Source of the DNA: Arcobacteraceae bacterium
Lineage (GTDB): Bacteria > Campylobacterota > Campylobacteria > Campylobacterales > Arcobacteraceae
NCBI GenBank assembly: GCA_965224485.1
Contig: CBDCZH010000003.1
Location: 1-64,000, forward strand
DNA length: 64,000 nucleotides
Reading direction: 5' to 3'
Position numbers and translations under genes: made by a program. Position 1 is the stretch's first letter; each line of letters begins with the position of its first letter. Of this stretch, positions 41,858 to 51,990 are shown in pieces. Below the pieces are notes generated by a model. The model had not been told where the DNA came from. It made no database searches and saw only the letters and a list, made by a program, of their open reading frames with translations.

Positions 41858-43228
41858 TTAAAAGTTTTCTATAATTCTTTTTGCAGCTTCTCTACCATCA
41901 ACAGCAGCAGTTACAGCTAAATGAGCTCCTCTTTGGCAATCTCCACCTGCATATACTTTTAAATTTGTAGTTTGATATCTTGAGGTTATAATTCCACCCC
42001 AAGAGTTAGTTTCAACCTTTAAGTCCTTTAAAAAAGCAGGAACTTCAGGTGAAAAACCAAGAGCTAAAATAATAACATCAGCTTCTTCAAAATATTGGCT
42101 ATTTTCTATTAGTTCAACTTTTTGTCGTCCAGATTCATCAGCAGCACTTAAAGTTGTTTTTAATAATTCAATTCCACTTGCAACATTATCTAAAGTAATG
42201 ATTTGATTAGGGCTTACATTAAATACAAATTCAACACCCTCTTCTTTAGAGTTAACTACTTCTTTTTTACTTCCAGGCATATTAGCTTCATTTCGTCGAT
42301 ATAAACATTTAACACTTGAAGCTCCTTCTCTAACAGAAGTTCTAACACAATCCATTGCCGTATCACCACCACCAATTACTACAACTTTTTTATTTTTAAC
42401 ATCAATAAAATCATCTGCAACATTTCCAAAGTTTCTTTTTTGAATTGTTTTTAAAAAATCAATTGCTAAGTGAACATTAGATGCATCCTCACCTTTAGTT
42501 CCTGAGTACTTTCCTTGTGTAGCTCCAAGTCCTAAATAAATTGCATCAAATTCATCTTGCAAATCAGAAATATTTTTATCTTTTCCAATTTCACAATTAA
42601 CATGTAATCTCATACCAGCTTCTAACAACCAGTCAATTCTCCTATCAATTGCACTTTTATCAAGTTTAAAACCTGGAATTCCATAGGTTAAAAGTCCACC
42701 TGCTCTATCATCTCTCTCAAACATTTCAACACCAATTCCACGTCTTAATAAAAATGTAGCAGCAGAAATACCTGTAGGTCCAGAACCAATAATTGCAACT
42801 TTTTTAGAAGAAGTAATTCCTGGATACTTAGGTTTTAAACCTCGCGCAAATGCACTTTCAGAAATATGTGTTTCAACAGCACCAATAGAAATAGCACCAT
42901 GTCCTGTATTTAAAGAACATGCACCCTCGCAAAGTACATCTTGAGGACAAATTCTTCCTAAGATTTCTGGAAAAGGAGATGTTTCATTTGACAGAGCAAA
43001 AGCTAAATCAGGATTTTTATTTGCAGTTTGTTTTAACCATGCTGGAATAAAATTATGTAAAGGACAACCTGTATGACAATATGGATCCCCACACTGCATA
43101 CAACGATCAGATTGTTCTTTTGCTCTTGTTTTTTTAAAAACTTGGTAAACCTCATCAAAATCTTTTAATCTTTGTAATACATCTCTTTTCTCAGGATTTA
43201 TTCTCTCAAATTTAGTAAAGTTTATCAT
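41858..43228 (-). CDS. gltD: Glutamate synthase small subunit
   Basis: RCMQCGDPYC, GRICPQ, GGGDTAMDC. Confidence 0.97.
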   Translation of the reverse strand: MINFTKFERINPEKRDVLQRLKDFDEVYQVFKKTRAKEQSDRCMQCGDPYCHTGCPLHNFIPAWLKQTANKNPDLAFALSNETSPFPEILGRICPQDVLCEGACSLNTGHGAISIGAVETHISESAFARGLKPKYPGITSSKKVAIIGSGPTGISAATFLLRRGIGVEMFERDDRAGGLLTYGIPGFKLDKSAIDRRIDWLLEAGMRLHVNCEIGKDKNISDLQDEFDAIYLGLGATQGKYSGTKGEDASNVHLAIDFLKTIQKRNFGNVADDFIDVKNKKVVVIGGGDTAMDCVRTSVREGASSVKCLYRRNEANMPGSKKEVVNSKEEGVEFVFNVSPNQIITLDNVASGIELLKTTLSAADESGRQKVELIENSQYFEEADVIILALGFSPEVPAFLKDLKVETNSWGGIITSRYQTTNLKVYAGGDCQRGAHLAVTAAVDGREAAKRIIENF

Positions 43229-43229
43229 T

Positions 43230-46200
43230 CTAATCTCCCTCATCTGGATCTAATGGAAGAACCGACATATTTTTAGGTTTAACCATCCAAAAGTTTCTAA
43301 TTTCTGATCTATAATTTTCTAATACACTTTGAGCTTTTAAACTCTCTGTTTCATTAATATAATCATGCAATAATCTTTTTAAATACAATCTTTCACGTTC
43401 TGTATCATCTGTATCAATTCTAACAGCTTCTATTAGTTCTTGATTCATTTTATCTACAAAGGCTTTTTCAGGATCATAAACAAAAGCTAAACCACCAGTC
43501 ATTCCTGCCCCAAAATTAAATCCAGTATTTCCTAAAATAACAACAATTCCACCAGTCATGTATTCACAAGCATTATCTCCTGTTCCTTCTACAACAGAAG
43601 TACAACCAGAGTTTCTTACAGCAAATCTCTCACCTACATTAGCACGAATATAAAGTTTTCCACCAGTTGCCCCATATAAACAAGTATTACCACCACCTGA
43701 GAACTCTTCACCTTGATGTTTAGGGTTTATAATGATTTTACCACCATTCATACCTTTTCCAATATAATCATTAGCAGCACCATCTAAATAAAGATTAACT
43801 CCTTTTGATAAAAACGCACCAAAACTCTGTCCTGCTATTCCTTTAAGCTCCATTGTAATTGAATTATCAGGTAAACCAGTATCACCATAATACTTAGCAA
43901 TTTCACCAGAAATAAGTGTTCCAAAAGATCTATTTAAGTTAGATATTGTTTCTTTGATTTTTATAGGAGTGCTTGGTTTTTCAATTGTTCTATGAACTTT
44001 TTTCAATAAAGCTTTTTCAAACTTATTTTTATCAAATGGTTCATTAAACTCTTTTTGACAAGTATCAACTCCATCAATTCTTCGTAAAATATTTTGAAAA
44101 TCAAATTTTTGCGCTAATTCATCATCAATTACTTTTAATAAATCACTACGTCCAACAATTTCTTCAATACTGCTATAACCTAAACTAGCAAGAATTTCTC
44201 TTACATCATTTGCTATAAAAGTAAAATATGAAATTAAACGCTCAACCGTTCCTGTAAAGTATTCTCTTAACTCTTCATCTTGAGTAGCAACACCAACTGA
44301 ACATTTATTTGTATGACAAATTCTTAAAATCTTACAACCTAAAAGTGTTAAAGCTGCTGTTCCAAAAGCATAAGACTCAGCTCCTAACATAGCTGCTTTT
44401 ATAACATCAATTCCAGTTTTTAATCCTCCATCTGTTTGAAGATGAACAGAACTTCTTAAATGGTTAGCTTTTAAAGCATTATGTGCTTCACTTAAACCCA
44501 TTTCCCAAGCATTTCCTGTATGTTTAAGTGATGTTAAAGGAGCAGCTCCCGTTCCACCATCAGCCCCTGAGATTACAATTCTATCAGCATAAGCTTTAGC
44601 TACCCCTGTTGCTATTGTTCCAACACCAATAGTAGAAACTAATTTAACTGTAATCTTAGCTTCTGGATTAATTTGTTTTAAATCAAAAATAAGTTGGGCT
44701 AAATCCTCAATTGAATAGATATCATGATGTGGAGGAGGAGAAATTAATGTAACTCCTTCTACCGTATGTCGTAAACCAGCTATATAAGCCGTAACCTTAT
44801 GCCCTGGTAACTGTCCACCTTCACCAGGTTTAGCACCTTGTGCTACTTTAATCTGAATCTCTTTTGCGCTTCTTAAATATCCAGGAGTAACTCCAAATCT
44901 TCCAGATGCAACTTGTTTAATTTTAGAGTTTTTTAATGTTGCAAATCTTTTTGGATCTTCCCCACCTTCACCTGAGTTTGACATTCCACCTAGAGTATTC
45001 ATAGTAATTGCCATTGCTTCGTGAGCTTCTGGAGAAATTGAACCACAACTCATAGCTGCGGTTGCAAATCTTTTAAAAATTTCATCCGTGTTTTCAACCT
45101 CATCTAAACTTATAGCTTCTTTATCAGAATTAAACTCAAAAAAATCTCGAATAAACTTTTTATCTCTGTTTTCAACTAATTCTTTTAGTTTTTTAAAATC
45201 TTTTACATCTTCTATTTTACTTGCATTTTTATTATGCATTGCTCTTGTAGTCTCAGGACCATAATCATGATACTCGCCACCATGGGTATATTTATAAAAA
45301 CCACCAATATCTAAAGGAAACATATGGTGTTCATCATAATAAGCATTTATATGTGATTTTTCTATTCTTTTTTCAATATCTTCATATCCTAATCCACACA
45401 AATCAGATAAAGAACCTTCAAAACAATTCTCTATAATTTCATCACTTAAACCAACAACATCAAATAAAGCTGAGTTTCTATATGAAGCTATTGTACAAAT
45501 ACCCATTTTTGACATAATTTTTAAAAGTCCACCATTTAGAGCTTTTTGTGTATTTTTCAAAATTCTTTGCATTTGATATTTTGTATTTGCTTTTCTTTGA
45601 AATAAATCTAAAGCAGAAGCATACATCATATAAGGATAAATAGCAGTAACTCCATATCCTAATAATACAGCCGCCATATGAGGATCATATACTTCCCCTG
45701 ATACTGCAATCATAGAAGCTTTATGTCTAATCCCAGCTTTTAGTAAGGCTTGATTTACATAACCAACAGCCATTGCAATAGGAATAAGTTTATTCTCTTT
45801 ATTTACAGCTCTATCATCTAAAATAATTAAACAAATATTTTCATGTTGTACTGCTTGAATTATTTCTTTTGCTAAAACAGATAAAGATTCTTTTAAATTA
45901 TTTTTAAAAGTAGTTGAAAAAACTTTATTCTTATAATAAGAATCATATCTAGGAGATCTTTCATCTCCAAAAGATTTCATTACTTCAAATTTTTCTTGCA
46001 TTAAAATAGGACTTGCTACTTTTAATCTTTTTGCATAAGCAGGTTGTTCATCTAAAATATTATGAATTTGTCCAAATCCAGTTTCAAGTGACATAACTAC
46101 TTTTTCTCTATATGGATCTATTGGAGGATTTGTAACTTGTGCAAACTTTTGTCTAAAAAAATCTGTAAAGTTTCTATTAACTTGTGAGAAACAGGCTAAA

Positions 46201-47666
46201 GGTGTATCATCTCCCATAGAACCTACTGGTTCTTTACCATCTTTTCCCATAGGTTCAATCATTTGATCTAATACTTCATAAGTAATATTAAAATATTTCT
46301 GTCTTACTGATAAGTCTTCAATAACATAATCATCTGTATCAACAAAAGATTCATCAATATACTCTTGTAAATATTCCATATCATTATTTAACCACTTAGA
46401 ATAATTTTGAGAAGATTTTAAATAATCATTTATATCATCTTCTTTTAATACAATTCCGTGTTTTAAGTCAAGTCCAATCATTTCTCCAGATTGAAGTCTA
46501 CCTCTCTCTAAGATATTATCATCTTCAATCTCAAGGGTTCCATACTCAGAAGTTATATAAATTTTATCATTTTTAGTAATTACATACTTAGAAGGTCTTA
46601 AACCATTTCTATCTATTAAACAGCCTATGTGTCTACCATCAGTTAAAGAAACAGCTGCTGGTCCATCCCAAGCTTCCATTGCAGTTGATGTATATTCATA
46701 AAAAGCTCTTAAGTCTGCATCCATATGAGGAGCATTTTGCCAAGGAGCAGGAACTAAGGAACGAGCTGCCTTAAAAAAGTCTGCTCCATTTATAATTAAA
46801 AATTCAAACATATTATCTAAAGACGCAGAATCAGAAGAGTTCTTTTGTAAAATTGGAAAAAGTCTTTTTAGCTCTTCTTGCGAAAATACTTCTGATTTTA
46901 TTTTTTCTGATTTTATTGCAACATTAAATCTATTTGCTTCAACTGAATTAATCTCACCATTATGTGCAATTGTTCTAAAAGGTTGAGCTAATCTCCATTG
47001 AGGAAGAGTATTAGTTGAGAATCGTTGATGAAATAGTGCAAAAGATATTTTAAAATCATCATCTCGTAAATCAATATAAAAACTTTTTATATGCGTAGGC
47101 ATAAAAAGCCCTTTATATGCTATAACTTTTGAAGAAAAAGTTGGAATATAAAAATCTTCTTGGTACTGTAACTCATGTTCACACTCTTTTCTTGTTAAAT
47201 ATAACATTGCATCAAATCTTTTTGATGTCATTAAAGCATTTGCACTTACAAAAACTTGGATTATATTAGGTAAAGAGGCTAAGGCTTGAGCGCCTAAAGC
47301 ATCCTCATTAAGAGGAACTTCTCTTGTCATTAGAACTTTTAAGTCATTATCTTCACAAAAGTTTTTAAAAACTTCAATATCTTTCATATCTTTTGTAAAA
47401 ATCATTGCAACACCGTATGTTTCTGGTAAATCTATACCTTCTTCTGTTGCTATTTTTCTCATAAAAAAATCTGGCATTGATAATAATAAACCAGAACCAT
47501 CTCCAGTTATTCCATCTGCTGCTACTGCACCTCTGTGCATCATACGCTCTAAAGAGTGTATTGCATCTTCTAAATTACCATGACTTGGTCTATTTTGTAA
47601 ATCTGCCATTAAACCAAAACCACAATTATCTTTAAAAGATGTGAGTAAATCTAAATTAGAAGCCAT
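43230..47666 (-). CDS. gltB: Glutamate synthase large subunit
   Basis: DNCGFG, HQRFSTNT, QGAKPGEGGQLPG, CHTNKC, GXGXG domain. Confidence 0.98.
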   Translation of the reverse strand: MASNLDLLTSFKDNCGFGLMADLQNRPSHGNLEDAIHSLERMMHRGAVAADGITGDGSGLLLSMPDFFMRKIATEEGIDLPETYGVAMIFTKDMKDIEVFKNFCEDNDLKVLMTREVPLNEDALGAQALASLPNIIQVFVSANALMTSKRFDAMLYLTRKECEHELQYQEDFYIPTFSSKVIAYKGLFMPTHIKSFYIDLRDDDFKISFALFHQRFSTNTLPQWRLAQPFRTIAHNGEINSVEANRFNVAIKSEKIKSEVFSQEELKRLFPILQKNSSDSASLDNMFEFLIINGADFFKAARSLVPAPWQNAPHMDADLRAFYEYTSTAMEAWDGPAAVSLTDGRHIGCLIDRNGLRPSKYVITKNDKIYITSEYGTLEIEDDNILERGRLQSGEMIGLDLKHGIVLKEDDINDYLKSSQNYSKWLNNDMEYLQEYIDESFVDTDDYVIEDLSVRQKYFNITYEVLDQMIEPMGKDGKEPVGSMGDDTPLACFSQVNRNFTDFFRQKFAQVTNPPIDPYREKVVMSLETGFGQIHNILDEQPAYAKRLKVASPILMQEKFEVMKSFGDERSPRYDSYYKNKVFSTTFKNNLKESLSVLAKEIIQAVQHENICLIILDDRAVNKENKLIPIAMAVGYVNQALLKAGIRHKASMIAVSGEVYDPHMAAVLLGYGVTAIYPYMMYASALDLFQRKANTKYQMQRILKNTQKALNGGLLKIMSKMGICTIASYRNSALFDVVGLSDEIIENCFEGSLSDLCGLGYEDIEKRIEKSHINAYYDEHHMFPLDIGGFYKYTHGGEYHDYGPETTRAMHNKNASKIEDVKDFKKLKELVENRDKKFIRDFFEFNSDKEAISLDEVENTDEIFKRFATAAMSCGSISPEAHEAMAITMNTLGGMSNSGEGGEDPKRFATLKNSKIKQVASGRFGVTPGYLRSAKEIQIKVAQGAKPGEGGQLPGHKVTAYIAGLRHTVEGVTLISPPPHHDIYSIEDLAQLIFDLKQINPEAKITVKLVSTIGVGTIATGVAKAYADRIVISGADGGTGAAPLTSLKHTGNAWEMGLSEAHNALKANHLRSSVHLQTDGGLKTGIDVIKAAMLGAESYAFGTAALTLLGCKILRICHTNKCSVGVATQDEELREYFTGTVERLISYFTFIANDVREILASLGYSSIEEIVGRSDLLKVIDDELAQKFDFQNILRRIDGVDTCQKEFNEPFDKNKFEKALLKKVHRTIEKPSTPIKIKETISNLNRSFGTLISGEIAKYYGDTGLPDNSITMELKGIAGQSFGAFLSKGVNLYLDGAANDYIGKGMNGGKIIINPKHQGEEFSGGGNTCLYGATGGKLYIRANVGERFAVRNSGCTSVVEGTGDNACEYMTGGIVVILGNTGFNFGAGMTGGLAFVYDPEKAFVDKMNQELIEAVRIDTDDTERERLYLKRLLHDYINETESLKAQSVLENYRSEIRNFWMVKPKNMSVLPLDPDEGD

Positions 47667-48012
47667 TATTATCCTTTTTAAATTTTTATACTAATTTTTA
47701 TTAAATTTTTTATCAGTATTTATTTGTATTTATTATTTAGTATTTCCTTGGAAGTATATTATATTATAAAAAATATCTTTAAAATATGGTTAAAAATTAA
47801 CCACTCTTAATTACAAAAAGAACTTAACTTGTAACTTTTATACAACAATTTAATTACTAATATATAATTAATATTTAAGAAACTTTTTCTTACTTTTAAT
47901 GATAAAACACTAAAATTACTTACACGAAAAAATTATAAAATTTTCTTCAAGATACATAATACTTACATAAGTTTACATTATACTTTTTTTACATACAAAA
48001 AAAGGAGTTAAA

Positions 48013-49065
48013 ATGACTAAAATTATTAAAGGTCTAGTATCAAGTGCAGCAGTTGCTTCAGTTCTATTACTTACAGGTTGTGGTGATAAGAAGAGTGATG
48101 AGACAAAAGCAATGAGTGAAGCACCAGCTTCTACATTTGTTTTGAAATTCTCACATGTTGTAAGTCCAAATACACCAAAAGGTAAGGCAGCTGATTATTT
48201 TGAAAAAAGATTAGAAGAATTATCTGGTGGTAGAATTGATGTTCAAGTTTATCCTTCTTCTCAATTATATAAAGATAAAGCAGTATTAAAAGCTTTAACT
48301 TTAGATTCAGTTCAAATGGCAGCACCTAGTTTCTCAAAATTTGGTAAAATTGTACCTCAGTTAGCTTTATTTGATTTACCATTCTTATTTACAAGTATGG
48401 ATCAATTACATAGAGTACAAGATGGTATAGTTGGAATTAAACTTAAAGATATGGTAAACGCAAAAGGTTATGTTGCTTTAAACTTTTGGGATAATCATTT
48501 TAAACAATTATCATCATCTAAAAAACCATTAATCACTCCAGAAGATGCTAAGGGTCAAAAATTTAGAATTATGTCTTCTAAAGTACTTGAAGCACAATTT
48601 CATGCTTTAGGTGCAAGCCCACAAATGATGCCTTTTTCTGAAGTATATTCAGGATTACAACAAGGTGTAATTGATGGTCAAGAAAATACTAACTCTAATA
48701 TTTATACAAAAAAATTCCATGAAGTTCAAAAGTATATGACTATTACAAACCATGGTTACTTAGGTTATTTAGTTGTTATGTCTAAAAAATTCTGGAATTC
48801 TTTACCTGCTGATTTACAAGCTAATGTTAAACAAGCTATGAATGATGCTACAGAAAAAGAGCGAGAATATGCAGAAGATTTAAATACTAAACAGTTACAA
48901 CTAATTAAAGATTATGCAGCAAAAACTGGAAAACTAGAAGTTATTACTATTACTGAAGAGCAAAGAAATGCTTGGAAAGAAGTAGTTAGTAAAATTTATC
49001 CAGAATTTTATGATGCTAATGTAATTGGTGAAGAGCTAATTAAAGAATCTTTAAATACAAAATAA
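48013..49065 (+). CDS. dctP: TRAP transporter substrate-binding protein (lipoprotein signal LLLTGC)
   Basis: FSHVV, YPSSQL, KFRIM, PFSEVYSGLQQGVIDGQEN. Confidence 0.93.
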   Translation: MTKIIKGLVSSAAVASVLLLTGCGDKKSDETKAMSEAPASTFVLKFSHVVSPNTPKGKAADYFEKRLEELSGGRIDVQVYPSSQLYKDKAVLKALTLDSVQMAAPSFSKFGKIVPQLALFDLPFLFTSMDQLHRVQDGIVGIKLKDMVNAKGYVALNFWDNHFKQLSSSKKPLITPEDAKGQKFRIMSSKVLEAQFHALGASPQMMPFSEVYSGLQQGVIDGQENTNSNIYTKKFHEVQKYMTITNHGYLGYLVVMSKKFWNSLPADLQANVKQAMNDATEKEREYAEDLNTKQLQLIKDYAAKTGKLEVITITEEQRNAWKEVVSKIYPEFYDANVIGEELIKESLNTK

Positions 49066-49067
49066 TT

Positions 49068-49688
49068 ATGTTTAAATTAATAAGTAAGATAATTGGTCAT
49101 ATAAACCAAAAAATTGCAGCTTTCGGTATCACAGCCGGAGTTGCAGTTGCGTTTACTAATGTAATTGCCAGATATGCTTTTGATGCGTCATTAGTATGGG
49201 CAACTGAACTTAGTATTTTTCTATTCTTGTGGTCTGTATTTTTTGGAGCAGCCTACTGTTTTAAGCAAGATGCACATATTGCAGTAACAATTGTATTAGA
49301 TAATGTTTCTTCTAGAATTGCAAAAGTTATGTTATTAGTTTCACATTTAATAACATTTACTTTTTTAATAGCAGTTGCGTATTTTGGAGTTTTATATATT
49401 ACAGATGTAGTTATGTTATTAGATGAGCGTTCAATTGATTTATGGAATATGCCTATGTGGGTAATATACTTAGTTATTCCAATTTCATTTAGTTTTGGAG
49501 CATATAGAGTTGCTGAGAGAATTCATGCAATTTTATCTACTTCTCACGATAAGATCCTTAAAGAGAGTGAAGCTGAAATGATTTTAGCAGAACTAGGAAG
49601 TGCAGCTAAAGATAATACAAATAAAAATGTAAAAGAGTTAAATGATATGGTAAAAGAAGTTGAAAAGAAAACAGGAGGATTATTATGA
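49068..49688 (+). CDS. dctQ: TRAP transporter small permease
   Basis: NVIARY, WATEL, HIAV; 4 TM helices. Confidence 0.92.
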   Translation: MFKLISKIIGHINQKIAAFGITAGVAVAFTNVIARYAFDASLVWATELSIFLFLWSVFFGAAYCFKQDAHIAVTIVLDNVSSRIAKVMLLVSHLITFTFLIAVAYFGVLYITDVVMLLDERSIDLWNMPMWVIYLVIPISFSFGAYRVAERIHAILSTSHDKILKESEAEMILAELGSAAKDNTNKNVKELNDMVKEVEKKTGGLL

Positions 49689-50971
49689 GTGTAATGGTAC
49701 TATTTAGTATATTTTTCTTTCTTATAATAATAGGAGCACCTATTGCTATTTGTTTAGGAGCTGCTACTTTTGTTACACTTATGGCATTTACTCCAATTTC
49801 ACCAATTGAAATTTCAGCTATGATGTTTGAAAAAATTGAGCATTATTCTCTTATGGCAATTCCTATGTTTATTTTAGCAGGGAATTTACTCTCAAAAGGT
49901 AGTGCTGCACAAAGAATTATTGAATTTGCTAAATCTATTGTAGGTCACCTTCCTGGTGGATTACCAATTTCAGCGATTTTTGCATCAATTATTTTTGCAG
50001 CTGTATCAGGAAGCTCACCTGCAACTGTTGTTGCAATTGGTTCTATTATGTTTGGAGCTATTATTCAAGCAGGGTATCCTAAAAAATATGCAGTTGGTAC
50101 TATTGCAACAGCTGGTTCTTTAGGTATTTTAATTCCACCTTCTATTGTATTAATCGTATATGGTGTTACAGCAGAAGTTTCAATTGGCCGATTATTTATG
50201 GCAGGTGTTGTTCCTGGAATTGGTTTAGGAATTATGATGATGGTTGTAACTTATATAGGTGCAGTTAGACTTGGATTTAAAAGAACTACTCCACAACCTT
50301 TTAAAGTAAGACTTCAAAAAATGAAAGAAGCTTCATGGGGTCTTATGACAATTGTTATTGTTATAGGTGGTATTTATGGTGGTATTTTTACACCAACTGA
50401 AGCAGCAGCAGTTGCAGCAGTTTGGGCATTTCTAATTTCTGTTTTTATATATAAAGATATAAAAATTAAAGAGTTTTATTATACAGCATTAGAATCTGCA
50501 AAAACAACAGCAATGATTATGTTTATTATTGCAAATGCTATGCTTTTTGCTCACTTTTTAACAATTGAAAATATTCCTCAAGGAATAACAGAAGCGTTAA
50601 TTGAAGCAAATGTTGATAAGTATATGTTCTTACTTCTAGTAAATGTACTTCTTATAATTGCAGGTTCATTTATGGAACCAAGTGCAATTATTATGATTAT
50701 GGTTCCTTTATTACTTCCAGTAGCTATTGCTCTTGGAATTGATCCAATTCATTTTGGTATTGTAATTACAATAAATATGGAATTAGGAATGGTATCCCCA
50801 CCAGTTGGGCTAAACCTCTTTGTTACTTCAGGACTTACTGGAATGAGTATCAAAGATGTTATAGTTGCAGCCTTTCCTTGGACACTTACTATTTTAGTAG
50901 GATTGTTACTTGTAACATATATTCCTTCTATTGCTTTATGGTTACCAAATTTAGTATTTGGAGCTTACTAA
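49685..50971 (+). CDS. dctM: TRAP transporter large permease
   Basis: LMAIPMFILAG, SGSSPAT, IPPSI, TPTEAA, PPVGLNLF. Confidence 0.95.
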   Translation: MSVMVLFSIFFFLIIIGAPIAICLGAATFVTLMAFTPISPIEISAMMFEKIEHYSLMAIPMFILAGNLLSKGSAAQRIIEFAKSIVGHLPGGLPISAIFASIIFAAVSGSSPATVVAIGSIMFGAIIQAGYPKKYAVGTIATAGSLGILIPPSIVLIVYGVTAEVSIGRLFMAGVVPGIGLGIMMMVVTYIGAVRLGFKRTTPQPFKVRLQKMKEASWGLMTIVIVIGGIYGGIFTPTEAAAVAAVWAFLISVFIYKDIKIKEFYYTALESAKTTAMIMFIIANAMLFAHFLTIENIPQGITEALIEANVDKYMFLLLVNVLLIIAGSFMEPSAIIMIMVPLLLPVAIALGIDPIHFGIVITINMELGMVSPPVGLNLFVTSGLTGMSIKDVIVAAFPWTLTILVGLLLVTYIPSIALWLPNLVFGAY

Positions 50972-50986
50972 CAAAGTATAAGAAAT

Positions 50987-51030
50987 AAAAAGCCAATAGA
51001 TTGGGGTTTGCCCTATTCTATTGTGCTTTT
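50987..51030 (+). terminator. Probable terminator after dctM
   Basis: aaaagc-caataga...tctattg-tgctttt hairpin. Confidence 0.5.
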
Positions 51031-51325
51031 AATTAAATTAAAAATAAAACAATATTACTATCTATACTTTTATATAAAATAATACTATTAATGCAAACTT
51101 AAAAAAGTCAAAAAAAACTATACTGTATTCAACAGATTTATATTAATTAGTTTTAAGTCATTTTATTAGACTAAATTAGTCGAGGTGTGCGATTCATATC
51201 AAAATGTTAAAAATAAAAAAGAAGAAACTTTTTATCTCTAGCTATAACTTAAAGTTTTAATTTTATTATTTATATACTTAATTAATTATTTTTTTGATAC
51301 TATTATAAAAATAATAAGGAATATC

Positions 51326-51760
51326 ATGAAATTGATTATGCTTTATGGAGTCTTTCTCTTTTCTCACTTAGCAGTAGTATTAAATGCTCCAGAAATAAGA
51401 ATTATCTCTATTCAACAAGATAAAGTTATATTTTTATTAGGACTAGTTTTGATAGTTACCTTCATATTAATTTATTTAATGGTTAGTAAGGTACAAGGAG
51501 AAAAAGGGGAAAAGGAATATTTAGTAAATGGAAATACCGTTGATGCTAATTGGATGAATTCTGGATTGCTATTTATATTATTTTTAGGAAGTGAATTTTG
51601 GTCTATTTCTATAATACTAGACTATATCAATATGAAAAACTATATTTTTAACTTCGATTTCTTTTTTTATTTGGTATTTAAGAGTCTAGTAGTAATGATT
51701 TTCTTTTTCATACATTATTTAATACTTAGATATGTACTTAAAAATGCAATGGTACGCTAA
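51326..51760 (+). CDS. Hypothetical membrane protein (~4 TM)
   Basis: AAGGA RBS; hydrophobic segments. Confidence 0.7.
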   Translation: MKLIMLYGVFLFSHLAVVLNAPEIRIISIQQDKVIFLLGLVLIVTFILIYLMVSKVQGEKGEKEYLVNGNTVDANWMNSGLLFILFLGSEFWSISIILDYINMKNYIFNFDFFFYLVFKSLVVMIFFFIHYLILRYVLKNAMVR

Positions 51761-51990
51761 AGTTATACCTAACCAGAAACGATAGAAAAACCTAACTGCA
51801 CAGCTATTTATTGATAGTCAATACTTAATAAATAAAGTTGTGCAAATCTTAGTTTCCAAATTTAGTTTTTGGTATTTAAAAATAAAGTATTTTATTAAAA
51901 AAACTAAGAGTTTTTACTCTTAGCTTTTTCTTTTTAACTTATATCTTTTATAAGTAAAACATCTAAGTTAACCTAACTACTACATCTAAA

